Translations under genes and position numbers: made by a program | Shown: in pieces, positions 20,742 to 30,453 of the stretch | Numbering within the stretch: the first letter of the stretch is position 1 | Layout: each line of letters begins with the position of its first letter | The notes under the pieces: generated by a model | The model's database searches: none | What the model was told of the DNA's origin: nothing | The model's input: only the letters and a program-made list of their open reading frames with translations | NCBI GenBank assembly: GCA_963728915.1 | Contig: CAVSLV010000001.1 | Span: 1,120,001 to 1,184,000 of the forward strand | DNA from: an uncultured Gemmatimonadales bacterium | GTDB taxonomy: Bacteria > Gemmatimonadota > Gemmatimonadetes > Gemmatimonadales > GWC2-71-9 | DNA length: 64,000 bases | Direction: 5' to 3'

Positions 20742-21355
20742 GTCCTAACCCGCTGCCACAGCAGGAGGGTTTCCTTCCACGCGGTGGATGGGAGGAGTGG
20801 CCGGACCAGCTCGAGCACCTGGTCCACGACGACCGCCGAGGCTCCCGCGTTGCGCGCTCCGCGCAGGTGAGATCGCAGCTGGCGCCGCGCCCCCTGGACC
20901 GCGATCTGGGCGACGGTACACAGCTCCCGGCGGCAGAGATCCAGGCCCGGGCGCCCCAGGATCCGGCCATACCCTTCCACGATCATTCCCGCCTCGAGGG
21001 CCGGATGCAATCCCTGGATGTTGCGGCGCAGCGCATCGTAGGTCTCCCCGTACACCGCTCGGCAGGTGGCTTCGCCCCGGGACCTCCACGATTCGTGCCG
21101 CCCGTAGTCGGTCGCGTCTTCGCCGGGGACCGGGGATGTCCCGCTCTGACGCCAGAGCCGAGCCGCGGTGAGCGCCCGGGGCCAGCCGCAGATGAGCACC
21201 GATTGCAATACCAGCTCATCGACCCAGACCGGGGGAACCGCTGAGGCAAGCACGGCCGCCACGGCCTGCTCGATGGCCGATTCGGATCCCTCGGCGATCC
21301 TGGCGGCGAGGCTCACCAGCGCCCTGGTCGGCTCGTCCAGCCGCTCCAAAGTCAT
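20738..21355 (-). CDS. Carboxymuconolactone decarboxylase (CMD/AhpD-like) family protein
   Basis: GYGRILGRPGLD..RRELCTVA...QLRSHLRGARNAG; ATG at 21355. Confidence 0.75.
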
Positions 21356-21390
21356 CTCCCGAAGGCCCAAGGGTGAACCATTGTCCCGCC

Positions 21391-22404
21391 TCACCGACCG
21401 GAGAAACGCAGCTGACCGTGTGGTTCGAGCAATCCGGTCACCACCCCGCGCGAGTTCCGGATCTCGGGCCGGGCGTGCCGGACCAGCGCGTCCCAGTCCG
21501 GCAGCGTCGTGCTGCCCACGCGGACCAGCGTGTCCCGAAGGATGGCGAGCAAGGCCGCCCCGGACGCCCGGGTATCGCCGTCCTCGACTTTGAGGGCGAT
21601 GCCGATCCGAAGCGAGGGGATCGCGGCGCAGTAGACGCCGAGGGCCCCGACCTTCGCGATGATCCCGCCCGGCCAGGCCTGGATCAGCTCGCTGCACAAC
21701 CGTCCGGTCCCCGCGATCAACAGAGGGTGCTCCATCATGGCGGATACGATCCGGCGGGGCGCCGGATCGCCGCTCGCCCCGAGCCGCGCATAGGCGAGCG
21801 CCATGCCTCGGATCGGAAGCGCGAAACAGGTCGCAGTGCATCCGTCCGGCGCGGTCTCGATGGCGGTTTCGTCGAGCCCGCTCCACTGCGCGATCTCCTT
21901 CAAGATGCGCTGCTGGACTGGATGGCTGATTTCCTGGTAGCCCGGAACCGGCCAGCCTCGGTGCATCGCGAGGGCGATCATGGCGACGTGCTTGCCCGAG
22001 CAGTTGCTCCAGCGCGGCGTGAGGGAGATCCCGGTGCGGGTCGCCTGCTGGGCGACCTCGGCGGAAAGGGGCGGATGGGGTCCGCAGGCCAGCGCATCAT
22101 CGCCGATACCAAGGCGACGCATCAAACCCGAAACAACTTCCAGGTGGCGAGGCTCGCTGTTGTGCGACGCGCACGCCAACGCCACCTCCTCGCCGGTCAT
22201 GCTGAAATGATCGGCGGCGCCGTCCTGCAGAACCGGCAGCGCCTGAAACGGTTTCGCGGCGGAACGCCACCAGGTCGTGTAGTCAGGGTCACCCGACGAG
22301 GCGAGGAGCCGTGCCTCCGAGTCGACGACTGCGGCGATGATGCGATGGGTGGATTCGACCAGCCGGCCGCGAGTGGCCTCGACGATGATCTCGGGTGTTG
22401 GCAT
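21391..22404 (-). CDS. L-asparaginase II family protein (Rhizobium-type)
   Basis: RSAAKPFQ, CASH, NCSGKH, DGC, KVEDG motifs. Confidence 0.88.
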   Translation of the reverse strand: MPTPEIIVEATRGRLVESTHRIIAAVVDSEARLLASSGDPDYTTWWRSAAKPFQALPVLQDGAADHFSMTGEEVALACASHNSEPRHLEVVSGLMRRLGIGDDALACGPHPPLSAEVAQQATRTGISLTPRWSNCSGKHVAMIALAMHRGWPVPGYQEISHPVQQRILKEIAQWSGLDETAIETAPDGCTATCFALPIRGMALAYARLGASGDPAPRRIVSAMMEHPLLIAGTGRLCSELIQAWPGGIIAKVGALGVYCAAIPSLRIGIALKVEDGDTRASGAALLAILRDTLVRVGSTTLPDWDALVRHARPEIRNSRGVVTGLLEPHGQLRFSGR

Positions 22405-22439
22405 GGGGGCGGAAAGATATTAACCTCCGCACCCCTCAC

Positions 22440-22513
22440 GGGCGATTAGCTCAGCTGGTTAGAGCGCGCGCCTCACATGCGCGAGGTCACAGGTTCAAAT
22501 CCTGTATCGCCCA
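22440..22513 (+). tRNA. tRNA-Val(CAC), CCA not encoded
   Basis: GGGCGAT/ATCGCCC acceptor stem, anticodon arm CGCGC-CTCACAT-GCGCG, T-loop GTTCAAATC. Confidence 0.95.
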
Positions 22514-22518
22514 TCTCG

Positions 22519-22599
22519 GGCGGACAGGCGGAACGAAAAGAGGATGCCTGATATGATCTGGATCCTCTGTCCGCCAGTCCGCCTGTCCGCCTGTCCGCC
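22519..22599. repeat. Inverted octamer arrays (GGCGGACA-type x2, then TGTCCGCC-type x4) between convergent tRNAs
   Basis: Read directly from sequence; includes an inner AGAGGAT/ATCCTCT inverted repeat. Confidence 0.85.
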
Positions 22600-22604
22600 T
22601 TGAA

Positions 22605-22678
22605 TGGGCCCTGCAGGACTTGAACCTGCGACCGACGGATTATGAGTCCGCTGCTCTAACCAGCTGAGCTAAGGGCCC
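22605..22678 (-). tRNA. tRNA with CAT anticodon, probably tRNA-Ile2 (lysidine type); CCA not encoded
   Basis: GGGCCCTTAGCTCAGCTGGTTAGAGCAGCGGACTCATAATCCGTCGGTCGCAGGTTCAAGTCCTGCAGGGCCCA; resembles Ile2 sequences and lacks initiator features. Confidence 0.9.
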
Positions 22679-22799
22679 GAACGTTGCCACGAAACAACTT
22701 AGCAAAACCGCCTCCGGTTGCATACGGGCCTTCGCTTCGGCTCCGTTGGCAACCGCCGGTCGACCTACGGACGGGGGAAAAGCCCGGCCTGCACGCCTC

Positions 22800-23045
22800 C
22801 AATCAAGTCCGCCCGTCCGCCTGGCAACGCGGCGCGAGACCCCTGCGTGAAGAACACTGTGAATCACGAGGTCGTCAATGCGCCGAGCAGATGCTGGAGC
22901 CACGGCAGTGCCGGTGCGCCGAAGAGGAACTTCAGGCAGGACGTCCGCGCGAAGCCGGCGAAGACGATCGTGAATGCGGCCATGCCGGCCCAAGCGAAGT
23001 AGCGGTGGTCGGCGCGGGCAGGTAGCTTCTGGCGGGTCGCCACCC
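22800..23045 (-). pseudogene. Decayed membrane protein gene fragment (boundaries approximate)
   Basis: ADHRYFAWAGMAAFTIVFAGFARTSCLKFLFGAPALPWLQHLLGALTTS*FTVFFTQ: hydrophobic reading continues past an in-frame TGA at 22864-22866. Confidence 0.55.
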
Positions 23046-23116
23046 GAGGCGGCCCTGGTTGGCCGGACGGTCGGCCCCCCGACCTCGAAACTCGCCCTTG
23101 AACCCGGAGAAGCCGC

Positions 23117-23584
23117 ATGCGCACCATCGCCTCCTTCTGCCTGCTCGGCGGCCTGTTGGTGGGGTGCGGCACCACCAGCAATTCTACCGGAGGCGACAAC
23201 GCACCGATCACCGCCACGGTGAACGGCTCGGCGTTCGTGGGCAATACCGATGGCATCGCGACGCTCGTGGCCGGCGTGCTCAACATCTCAGCGTTCGACG
23301 CCGACAAGGGACGCGAAATCCTGATCACGCTTCATGTCAACGGAGCCGGGGACTATTCTCTTGCCTCGGCGTCGACCGGGATCGCCGAGTATGAGACCAT
23401 GACAACGACATCCGCCCCGCAGTGGGAGACCGGTTTCAATGGCGGGACCGGCACCATCACGGTGAGCACGCTGACGGCGAGCGGCGCGTCGGGAACGTTC
23501 AGCTTTACGGGACAGGCACTCCCGGGCACCGGTGCGACCGGCACGGTGACGGTCACCGACGGCAAATTCAACGTCACCTTCTGA
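23117..23584 (+). CDS. Thr/Gly-rich beta-strand lipoprotein of unknown function
   Basis: Signal peptide with LVGC lipobox, upstream GGAG, C-terminal SGTFSF...VTDGKFNVTF. Confidence 0.8.
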   Translation: MRTIASFCLLGGLLVGCGTTSNSTGGDNAPITATVNGSAFVGNTDGIATLVAGVLNISAFDADKGREILITLHVNGAGDYSLASASTGIAEYETMTTTSAPQWETGFNGGTGTITVSTLTASGASGTFSFTGQALPGTGATGTVTVTDGKFNVTF

Positions 23585-23660
23585 TCGCGGACCGCGCCCC
23601 GCACCCCCTCTGAAAAATGGTGTGAGGAACGCTGAGGAGCACCGCGGTGTCCCGATAGCA

Positions 23661-23700
23661 TGATGAGTCCCCTGCTCTACCCAAGCTGAGCTAAGGGCCC
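23661..23700 (-). repeat. Degenerate direct repeat of the tRNA-Ile2 5' half (att-like)
   Basis: GGGCCCTTAGCTCAGCTTGGGTAGAGCAGGGGACTCATCA vs tRNA nt 1-39: one insertion and three substitutions. Confidence 0.9.
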
Positions 23701-23794
23701 GACGTCCTTTCCAAGGAGCCCAGCGACCATCCCGGAGCGACATCCGCCAGCCGGTATGTCCTGCGCCGGGCGAAAGCTGGTACCTTAGAACCCG

Positions 23795-24868
23795 GTGCGC
23801 GCCGTCATTCTCTCCCATGTGTATCTGGATCCCGAACGCCGCGGCAAGCTCCGCGCGCTGGCGGGCGCCGGGGCGACGATCGCCGTGGCGGTGCCCGGCG
23901 GAATCGCAACGGAAGATCATGGCGTACGTTTCGTTCCCATCCCGGCCGGCGGCGATCTCCGTGACCCGGCTTTGACTTCCTGGGATGCACGGGCGATTCA
24001 CACCCTCCTCGCCGACTTCCGGCCCGACATCGTGCAGATCGAAGAGGAGCCCTGGTCGGTCGCGGCGTCCCGCGCCGCCACCCAGGCGGCCCGGCTCAAG
24101 ATTCCGGCGGTGGTGTGGAGTCGAGAGAGGCTTCGGCCCTCGGGACTGTTTCAGCGTCGCCGGGAGTCGCGAGCCCTTCGGGCTGCCCGGGGCGGTATCG
24201 GGGCCAACGCGGTCGCGGTGCAACGACTCAGGGAGGGATTACCGGGCCGGCCGGTCATCGGTCTGCCACAATTCGGCGTGCCGTTGCCACCTCCGGTCGA
24301 GCGGCCCACCCATGAGGTGCTCGCGATCGGGTATGTCGGACGACTCCTGCCCGATCGTGGGCTGGACCGGCTTCTCCGCGCCTGTGCCACCCTCATGGGA
24401 GGATGGACCCTCACGGTCGCCGGAACCGGCCCGGAGCAGGAGTCGCTCGAGGCCCTTGCCGAACGGCTGGGACTGGCCTCCCGGTTGAAATGGCTGGCTG
24501 GTGTCACCAAAGAAGCGATCGAAGAACTTTGGCCCAGCCTGGATTGCCTGGTCCTTCCCGCCGATCCCGGCGCGGACGGCGCAGAGCGATGGTCCTCGAT
24601 TCTCTTCGAGGCCATGGCGCGCGGGGTGGTGCCGGTGGTCATGGAAGGGAGTATTTCAGCGAGCCTGGTGGGCCAGGCTGGTCGAATCGCGAAAGACGAC
24701 GAAGGGTTGGCCGTGGCGCTTCAGACTCTTCGCGCCTATCCCAATGACCGGCTCCGTCTCGGCGCCGCGGCCCGGCAGCGGGTGCTCGACCGCTTCGTGG
24801 ATCCGGCCCTCGCCGCCGACACCATCCGGTTCTGGAACGAAGTGCTCCGGGCGACTCCGAGAGGCTAA
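23795..24868 (+). CDS. Glycosyltransferase family 4
   Basis: PDIVQIEEEP, GYVGRL, AGTGP, E-X7-E (ERWSSILFE) then AMARG. Confidence 0.85.
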   Translation: MRAVILSHVYLDPERRGKLRALAGAGATIAVAVPGGIATEDHGVRFVPIPAGGDLRDPALTSWDARAIHTLLADFRPDIVQIEEEPWSVAASRAATQAARLKIPAVVWSRERLRPSGLFQRRRESRALRAARGGIGANAVAVQRLREGLPGRPVIGLPQFGVPLPPPVERPTHEVLAIGYVGRLLPDRGLDRLLRACATLMGGWTLTVAGTGPEQESLEALAERLGLASRLKWLAGVTKEAIEELWPSLDCLVLPADPGADGAERWSSILFEAMARGVVPVVMEGSISASLVGQAGRIAKDDEGLAVALQTLRAYPNDRLRLGAAARQRVLDRFVDPALAADTIRFWNEVLRATPRG

Positions 24869-25944
24869 TCCGGCAGCGGCAGTGCGACCCGTTTTCCTTC
24901 CCGTGCCGAGATGTAGGTGGCGGTCAGAAGCTCGAGCGATCGGAGTCCCTCGCGACCATCCGTGTCCGGTTCCGCCTGGCCCCGAAGCGCGGCAATGACG
25001 TTGTCGTAGTAGCGCAGGTGGCCTTTGCCGTAGACCGTCGTCGTTTCGTAGCTGGCCCGCTCCACCTCGTCGTCCATCGGGTCGGGATCGGCGAACTGCC
25101 AGTGGTCGATCCGATTGACCGCGACCCCCCCGACCCGAACGGTTCCCCGTTCCCCGAGCACCGTAATCGACCCTTCCAGGTTCCGCGGATAGGTCAGCAT
25201 CGTGACGTTCAGGGAACCCAGTGTACCCGCGCGCCACTGGAGGGAGAGTACGCCGGTGTCCTCCACCTCGATCCGGCGTTCCAGCGTGGAGGCGTACGCG
25301 TGGACGCTGGCGACCGGACCGATCAGCCAGTCCATCATGTCGACATAGTGGCTGGCCTGGTTCATGAACGCGCCCCCGTCGAACTCCCAGGTTCCCCGCC
25401 AGGCCGAGCTGTCGTAATAGGACTGAGGCCGGTTCCAGAACACGTTCACCGTCACCAGGTAGATCCGGCCGAACCGGCCCTGGTCGATCGCTTGTTTGAG
25501 CAGCCGGAGCGTGGGGTTCTTGCGATTCTGTTTCACGATGAACAGGTGCACCCCGGCAGCGTCGGTGGCCCGCACCATCGCCCGGCCATCTTCCAGGCGG
25601 GTGGCCATGGGCTTTTCGCTCATCACGTGAAATCCGGCCCCGGCGACCTGAATCGCCTCCCGGGAGTGCAACCCGCTGGGCGTCGCCAGTACCACAATGT
25701 CCGGCTCCGCGCCGGCGAGGAGCGCCTCGAGGGAAGGAAATCCCGCTGCTCCGGTCCGGGCCATCGCCCGCTGGAGGGCCGCCGGGTCGTTGTCGGAAAC
25801 CCCGACCAGCTCGGCGGCACTGCGCTGGCCCTCGATTGCTTCGAAGTGGTTCGCCGAAATCCGGCCACAGCCCACCAGCGCGAACCGGATTCGCCGGTTG
25901 GCCGGGACCGTTTTGCGAACCAGAACGCTGCCGGGATGCTTCAT
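24865..25944 (-). CDS. Gfo/Idh/MocA oxidoreductase, WlbA/WbpB-like nucleotide-sugar dehydrogenase
   Basis: VGCGRIS, TPSGLH, EKPMA, WRGTWEFDGGAFMNQASHY. Confidence 0.85.
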   Translation of the reverse strand: MKHPGSVLVRKTVPANRRIRFALVGCGRISANHFEAIEGQRSAAELVGVSDNDPAALQRAMARTGAAGFPSLEALLAGAEPDIVVLATPSGLHSREAIQVAGAGFHVMSEKPMATRLEDGRAMVRATDAAGVHLFIVKQNRKNPTLRLLKQAIDQGRFGRIYLVTVNVFWNRPQSYYDSSAWRGTWEFDGGAFMNQASHYVDMMDWLIGPVASVHAYASTLERRIEVEDTGVLSLQWRAGTLGSLNVTMLTYPRNLEGSITVLGERGTVRVGGVAVNRIDHWQFADPDPMDDEVERASYETTTVYGKGHLRYYDNVIAALRGQAEPDTDGREGLRSLELLTATYISAREGKRVALPLPD

Positions 25945-27245
25945 TCGCGAGCCGGTGAGAGGATCGGGAGGTCGAGCTGCCGCGCCCGCCACGCTTCCAT
26001 GCGAACCCTGAGCACGACTCCCTCCGGAGTCTCCTCGCGGGAGAGCACCTCCCCCGCGCGATACACCGCGGCGAGACGGGCCCCGTCGCCGGGAGGAATC
26101 ATAACCCGGAGGACCGGCCGGCCTTCCCGGCTCCGTTCCCGGAGCGCCCCCTTGAGCTCTCCGAGACCCGAAGCATCGAGGGCACTGGTGAAGACCGCCC
26201 CGGGGTGGAGCCGGGAGATCCGCTCCCGAAAGGCGGCGGGGTCGGCCACCCGATCCATCTTGTTGAAGACCAGCACTTCCGGGCGGTCGGCCAGCTCGAG
26301 CTCGGCCAGCACCGCGTCCACGACGGTGGTCTGCTCCTCCCAGTATGGGTGGCTCGCGTCGACGACGTGCAGCAGCACGTCCGCCTGCCGCGCCTCCTCG
26401 AGCGTGGCCCGGAAGCTCGCGACCAGGTGGTGGGGAAGTTTGCGAATGAACCCGACGGTGTCGGTGATCCGGGCCCGCACGCCCTCACCGAGATCGACCT
26501 CGCGGGTGACCGTGTCGAGCGTGGCGAACAACCGGTCCTCCACCAGGATGTCGCCGCCGGTTCCCGCCGCGAGCGCCCGGAGCACGCTGGATTTCCCCGC
26601 ATTGGTGTAGCCGACGATGGCAGCCTGGAGCAGGACATGTTTCCCGGCGCCGTTTCGCAGCATGGCCCGATGGCGGGCCACATCCCGGAGCCGGGCTCGA
26701 TGGTGCTGGATCTTCTTTCGGATGATCCGCCGGTCGGTCTCGAGCTGGGTCTCGCCCGGCCCCCGCAGTCCGATCCCACCCCGGATCCGCGAGAGGTGGG
26801 TCCACATCCGGGTCAGGCGTGGTAGCAGGTATTCGAGCTGCGCCAGTTCGACCTGGAGTTTGGCCTCCGCCGTCCGCGCGCGGGTGGAGAAAATGTCGAG
26901 GATGACCTCCGCGCGATCCATGACCCGCACCCCGAGCTCGCGCTCCAGATTGGCGCCCTGGACCGGTGACAGCTCTTCATCGAAAATCGCGAGGGTGGCC
27001 CGGTCCTCCTCCACTCGCTCCTTGAGCTCCCCGACCTTTCCCTCCCCGAGAAGAGTGGCGGGGTTGGGAGCCGCCACCTGCTGAGTCAACCGGCCAACCA
27101 CCACGGCGCCCGCCGTGTCGACCAGGCGCGACAGCTCATCGAGGTGTTCGACCATGTGTTCGGCGTCAGCGGAGCCTTTGCGAGGGGCCGCGACCAGGAT
27201 GGCCCGCTCGACCGGAGGCTCGACGGTGATCAGTTCTCGAGCCAT
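25941..27245 (-). CDS. hflX: GTPase HflX
   Basis: RGPGETQLETDRR, GYTNAGKS, LFATLD, DTVGFI, NKMD; ATG at 27245. Confidence 0.95.
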   Translation of the reverse strand: MARELITVEPPVERAILVAAPRKGSADAEHMVEHLDELSRLVDTAGAVVVGRLTQQVAAPNPATLLGEGKVGELKERVEEDRATLAIFDEELSPVQGANLERELGVRVMDRAEVILDIFSTRARTAEAKLQVELAQLEYLLPRLTRMWTHLSRIRGGIGLRGPGETQLETDRRIIRKKIQHHRARLRDVARHRAMLRNGAGKHVLLQAAIVGYTNAGKSSVLRALAAGTGGDILVEDRLFATLDTVTREVDLGEGVRARITDTVGFIRKLPHHLVASFRATLEEARQADVLLHVVDASHPYWEEQTTVVDAVLAELELADRPEVLVFNKMDRVADPAAFRERISRLHPGAVFTSALDASGLGELKGALRERSREGRPVLRVMIPPGDGARLAAVYRAGEVLSREETPEGVVLRVRMEAWRARQLDLPILSPARE

Positions 27246-28555
27246 CAACCTTGTCCTTCCTTCCGTTGTTTCCAGTAGCTCATCCGTTCGGCAACTTTCC
27301 GTTCGTGCCCCAGCGTGCCGGGATGATAGAACTCGGCGCCCAGCAGGGAATCGGGCAGGTACTCCTGGGGGATGTAATGATCGGGAGCGTCGTGAGCGTA
27401 TTGGTAGTCCCGGCCATACCCGAGCTGCTTCATGAGACCGGTGGGCGCATTGCGAAGATGAACCGGCACCGGCTCGGCCGGGCTGCTCTTCGCTGCGTCG
27501 AGAGCCGCGCCCAGCGCCTGCACGACGCTGTTGGATTTGGGCGCGGTGGCAAGGTAGACCGTCATCTCGGTGAGCGGCAGGTAGCCCTCGGGCGGGCCGA
27601 GCTGACGGTAGGCCTCTCGCGCGGCCACCGCCAGTTGAAGGGCCATTGGATCGGCCAGCCCGATGTCCTCGGCGGCCATGGCGATCGCCCGGCGAAAGAG
27701 CACCAGCGGATCCTCGCCCCCCTCGAGCATCCGCGCCATCCAGTAGAGCGCGCCCTGAGGATCGCTTCCCCGGAGCGATTTGTGATAGGCGGAGAGCATG
27801 TTGAAATGCTCCTCCCCGGACTGGTCGTATCGCGGAATCCGCTTCGCGAAGGCTTCCGCCATCGCATCGCGGGAGATGGCTCCGCCGCAGCCCACCTGCC
27901 CGGCGGCTGCTTCGAGCGCCGCCAGCGCCCGGCGCGCGTCGCCATCGGCCTGTACCGCGAGCCACCGGATCGCGTCATCGTCGAGCGACAGCTCGAGAGC
28001 TCCCAGCCCGCGATCCCGGTCCGAGAGAGCGGCGCGGATCACCCGTTCGATCGCCCCGGGCGGGAGCGGTTCCAGCACGAAAACCTGACAACGCGAAAGC
28101 AGCGCCGCGTTCAGGCTGAAGCTCGGGTTCTCCGTCGTGGCCCCGACCAGGGTGATCGTCCCGCGCTCGATGTGGGGCAGGAACGCGTCCTGCTGGGCCC
28201 GGTTGAAGCGGTGGATCTCGTCGCAGAACAGAATGGTACCGCGACCAAGCCGGCGCCGTTCTTCCGCCTCCTTGATGATCTCGCGCACCCGCTGGACACC
28301 TTCGGTGACGGCGCTGAATCCGATGAAGGCTCGTCCGGTGTGCTGAGCGATCAAGCTCGCGAGCGAGGTTTTCCCCGTCCCCGGCGGCCCCCACAGGATG
28401 GCGCTGCCCAGGTCACCGCGGCGCAGCGCGTCGCCCAAGGCCCGTCCCGGAGCGAGCAGGTGCTCCTGGCCCACGAACTCATCGAGGGTACGGGGCCGCA
28501 TCCGGGTCGCCAGGGGCGCGGGCGTCGTGAAGAGACCGGGGTTGTCGTCGCTCAC
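27245..28555 (-). CDS. rarA: Replication-associated recombination protein A
   Basis: [38 protein letters not shown]. Confidence 0.94.
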   Translation of the reverse strand: MSDDNPGLFTTPAPLATRMRPRTLDEFVGQEHLLAPGRALGDALRRGDLGSAILWGPPGTGKTSLASLIAQHTGRAFIGFSAVTEGVQRVREIIKEAEERRRLGRGTILFCDEIHRFNRAQQDAFLPHIERGTITLVGATTENPSFSLNAALLSRCQVFVLEPLPPGAIERVIRAALSDRDRGLGALELSLDDDAIRWLAVQADGDARRALAALEAAAGQVGCGGAISRDAMAEAFAKRIPRYDQSGEEHFNMLSAYHKSLRGSDPQGALYWMARMLEGGEDPLVLFRRAIAMAAEDIGLADPMALQLAVAAREAYRQLGPPEGYLPLTEMTVYLATAPKSNSVVQALGAALDAAKSSPAEPVPVHLRNAPTGLMKQLGYGRDYQYAHDAPDHYIPQEYLPDSLLGAEFYHPGTLGHERKVAERMSYWKQRKEGQG

Positions 28556-28558
28556 CGG

Positions 28559-29278
28559 TCAACCTCCCAGCTGCCGCAACAGGAGCAGTGCGGCCACGCC
28601 AGTCAGAAACGCCACCGCGGTACGAAACCCGCGAGTGGACTGCAGTTCAGGCACCAGATTGGACGCCGCCACGTAGAGAGTGACGCCGGCCGCCAGGGCG
28701 AGCCCATAACTGGCCAGCGGCGCAATGACCTCGGTGAGCAGGGCGCCGAGAATGGTCATGCCGCCGAGGACCAGCCCGGCTTGGAGGGCCCGCCGGTTGC
28801 CTAACCCGCTGGCCAGGACCACGCTGGCCACCGAGACGCCCTCCGGCAGCTTGTGCAGAAAGATCGCCAGGAAGAAGAAGACCCCCAGCTCGAACGAGAC
28901 CAGAAATCCGCTCGCCACCGCGACCCCGTCGAACAGGGCGTGCAGCGCCAGGCCGCCGAGCGCGGCCATGCCCGCCGAGCGAGGGACTTCATGGCGCTCT
29001 TCGCCGAAGTGAAAGTGCGGGGTGAGCACGTGCTGGGTGATGTGCACCATGAGGTAGCCGAGCAGAAGCAGAAGCCCGCTGATCCCGGGCGAAGCGCTTT
29101 CCTGGAACAGGCGCGGAAGCACCCCGGCCAGCACGAGCGCCACCATGAACCCGGCCCCGAACGCGAGGAAGACGTTGATGACCGCGAGACCTCGCCGGGC
29201 CGCGCGCACTACGGCCACCGCCCCGATCAGGTTCCCGGCCGCGGCACCGCTGGCGAAGAGGATCGGGCTCAGCTCCAT
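28559..29278 (-). CDS. ZIP family metal transporter
   Basis: HFHFGEE loop, HALFDG, HKLPEG. Confidence 0.88.
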   Translation of the reverse strand: MELSPILFASGAAAGNLIGAVAVVRAARRGLAVINVFLAFGAGFMVALVLAGVLPRLFQESASPGISGLLLLLGYLMVHITQHVLTPHFHFGEERHEVPRSAGMAALGGLALHALFDGVAVASGFLVSFELGVFFFLAIFLHKLPEGVSVASVVLASGLGNRRALQAGLVLGGMTILGALLTEVIAPLASYGLALAAGVTLYVAASNLVPELQSTRGFRTAVAFLTGVAALLLLRQLGG

Positions 29279-30453
29279 GCCCGCACTCTCTCCAGGAGGT
29301 GCTCCCGGGTATTGGCTTCGGGATGATCGAGCACGAAGTCCAGCAGGCGCCCCAGCAGCTGTCCCATGCCCGGCCCGGGCGTAATGCCTTCCTGGCTCAA
29401 GTCGTCACCGGTCAGGGCGAGCTGGGCCCGACTGACCGCTTCCCCCCGTTCACGGATTCCCTGCACCACCGAAGCCCAGGCAGCGGCGGAGCCGAGACGA
29501 TATCGACCCAGGAGAACCAGATCGTCAACCGCGTCTCCCGCTTCCGCCATCCAGCGTCGCACCGCAATCGCGTCGTCACCGCGCGGCTCTGGCGGGTGCT
29601 CCTCCAGCGCAAGGGCTCGGCTGATCTCCTGCCCGGACCCACGAAGCCGCCGAAGGACCTCGCCAGGATGGCTGCACAGGGCGGCGGTCAGGACCACCGG
29701 GTCGCGCGGCTGAGGAGTGGGTTCAGCGATTCCCGGCCCGCTGGAGAGCTCCGGCAACCAGACCGCTGCCGCTCCGGAGGATTTCCAGAGCTCCACGAGA
29801 AGCGGCAGGGCCTGGGCGGTCTCGAGGCCCTTGAACCACTCTTCCCTGACCCGCTCCGCCGAGAGTCCCCTGAGCCCCGGCGCTGCGTTGATGGCCGCCC
29901 GCCAGGTCTCCGGATCGATGGAGAACCCGAATCGCGCGGCAAACCGGAGCGCCCGGAGAATCCGGAGGTAGTCCTCCGCGAATCGCTGGGCCGGCTGCCC
30001 CACCGCCCGGATGACCTTGCGCTGGATATCGAGTCGGCCTCCGAAGGGATCCCGCCAGCGCTGGGTGGCGGGGTGGTAGGCCAGCGAGTTCATGGTGAAA
30101 TCGCGGCGGGCGAGATCCTCCTCGAGGGAAACCCCATATTCCACTACCGCGTGTCGCCCGTCGGTCGCGACGTCCTTCCGGAAGGTGGTCACTTCGTGCA
30201 TCACCCGGCGGCGATCGAGCACGCCGACGGTGCCGTATTTCACCCCGACCGCGATCGCGCGGGGAAAGATCGCGAGGACCTGGTCCGGCGTCGCTGCGGT
30301 GGCCAGGTCCACGTCTTCGCCGGGAAGGCCGAGCAGACGGTCCCGGAGTGCCCCGCCGACGCACCAGGTCTCATAACCCGCTCGTTCGAGCTGGGCGGCG
30401 ATGTCGAGCACTCCCTCCGGGAGATCGCCGAGCGGTGGCAGGGTGGCGGTCAC
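29269..30453 (-). CDS. tRNA nucleotidyltransferase (CCA-adding / poly(A) polymerase family)
   Basis: VGGALRD, DVDLAT, EVTTFR, RRDFTMN, EDYLRILR; GTG at 30453. Confidence 0.9.
   Translation of the reverse strand: MTATLPPLGDLPEGVLDIAAQLERAGYETWCVGGALRDRLLGLPGEDVDLATAATPDQVLAIFPRAIAVGVKYGTVGVLDRRRVMHEVTTFRKDVATDGRHAVVEYGVSLEEDLARRDFTMNSLAYHPATQRWRDPFGGRLDIQRKVIRAVGQPAQRFAEDYLRILRALRFAARFGFSIDPETWRAAINAAPGLRGLSAERVREEWFKGLETAQALPLLVELWKSSGAAAVWLPELSSGPGIAEPTPQPRDPVVLTAALCSHPGEVLRRLRGSGQEISRALALEEHPPEPRGDDAIAVRRWMAEAGDAVDDLVLLGRYRLGSAAAWASVVQGIRERGEAVSRAQLALTGDDLSQEGITPGPGMGQLLGRLLDFVLDHPEANTREHLLERVRAWS

Larger units (their letters stand above)
22679..23700. mobile_element. Remnant tRNA-associated islet (~1 kb), no integrase
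   Basis: Bounded by the intact tRNA and a degenerate copy of its 5' half; carries a lipoprotein gene and a pseudogene. Confidence 0.6.
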
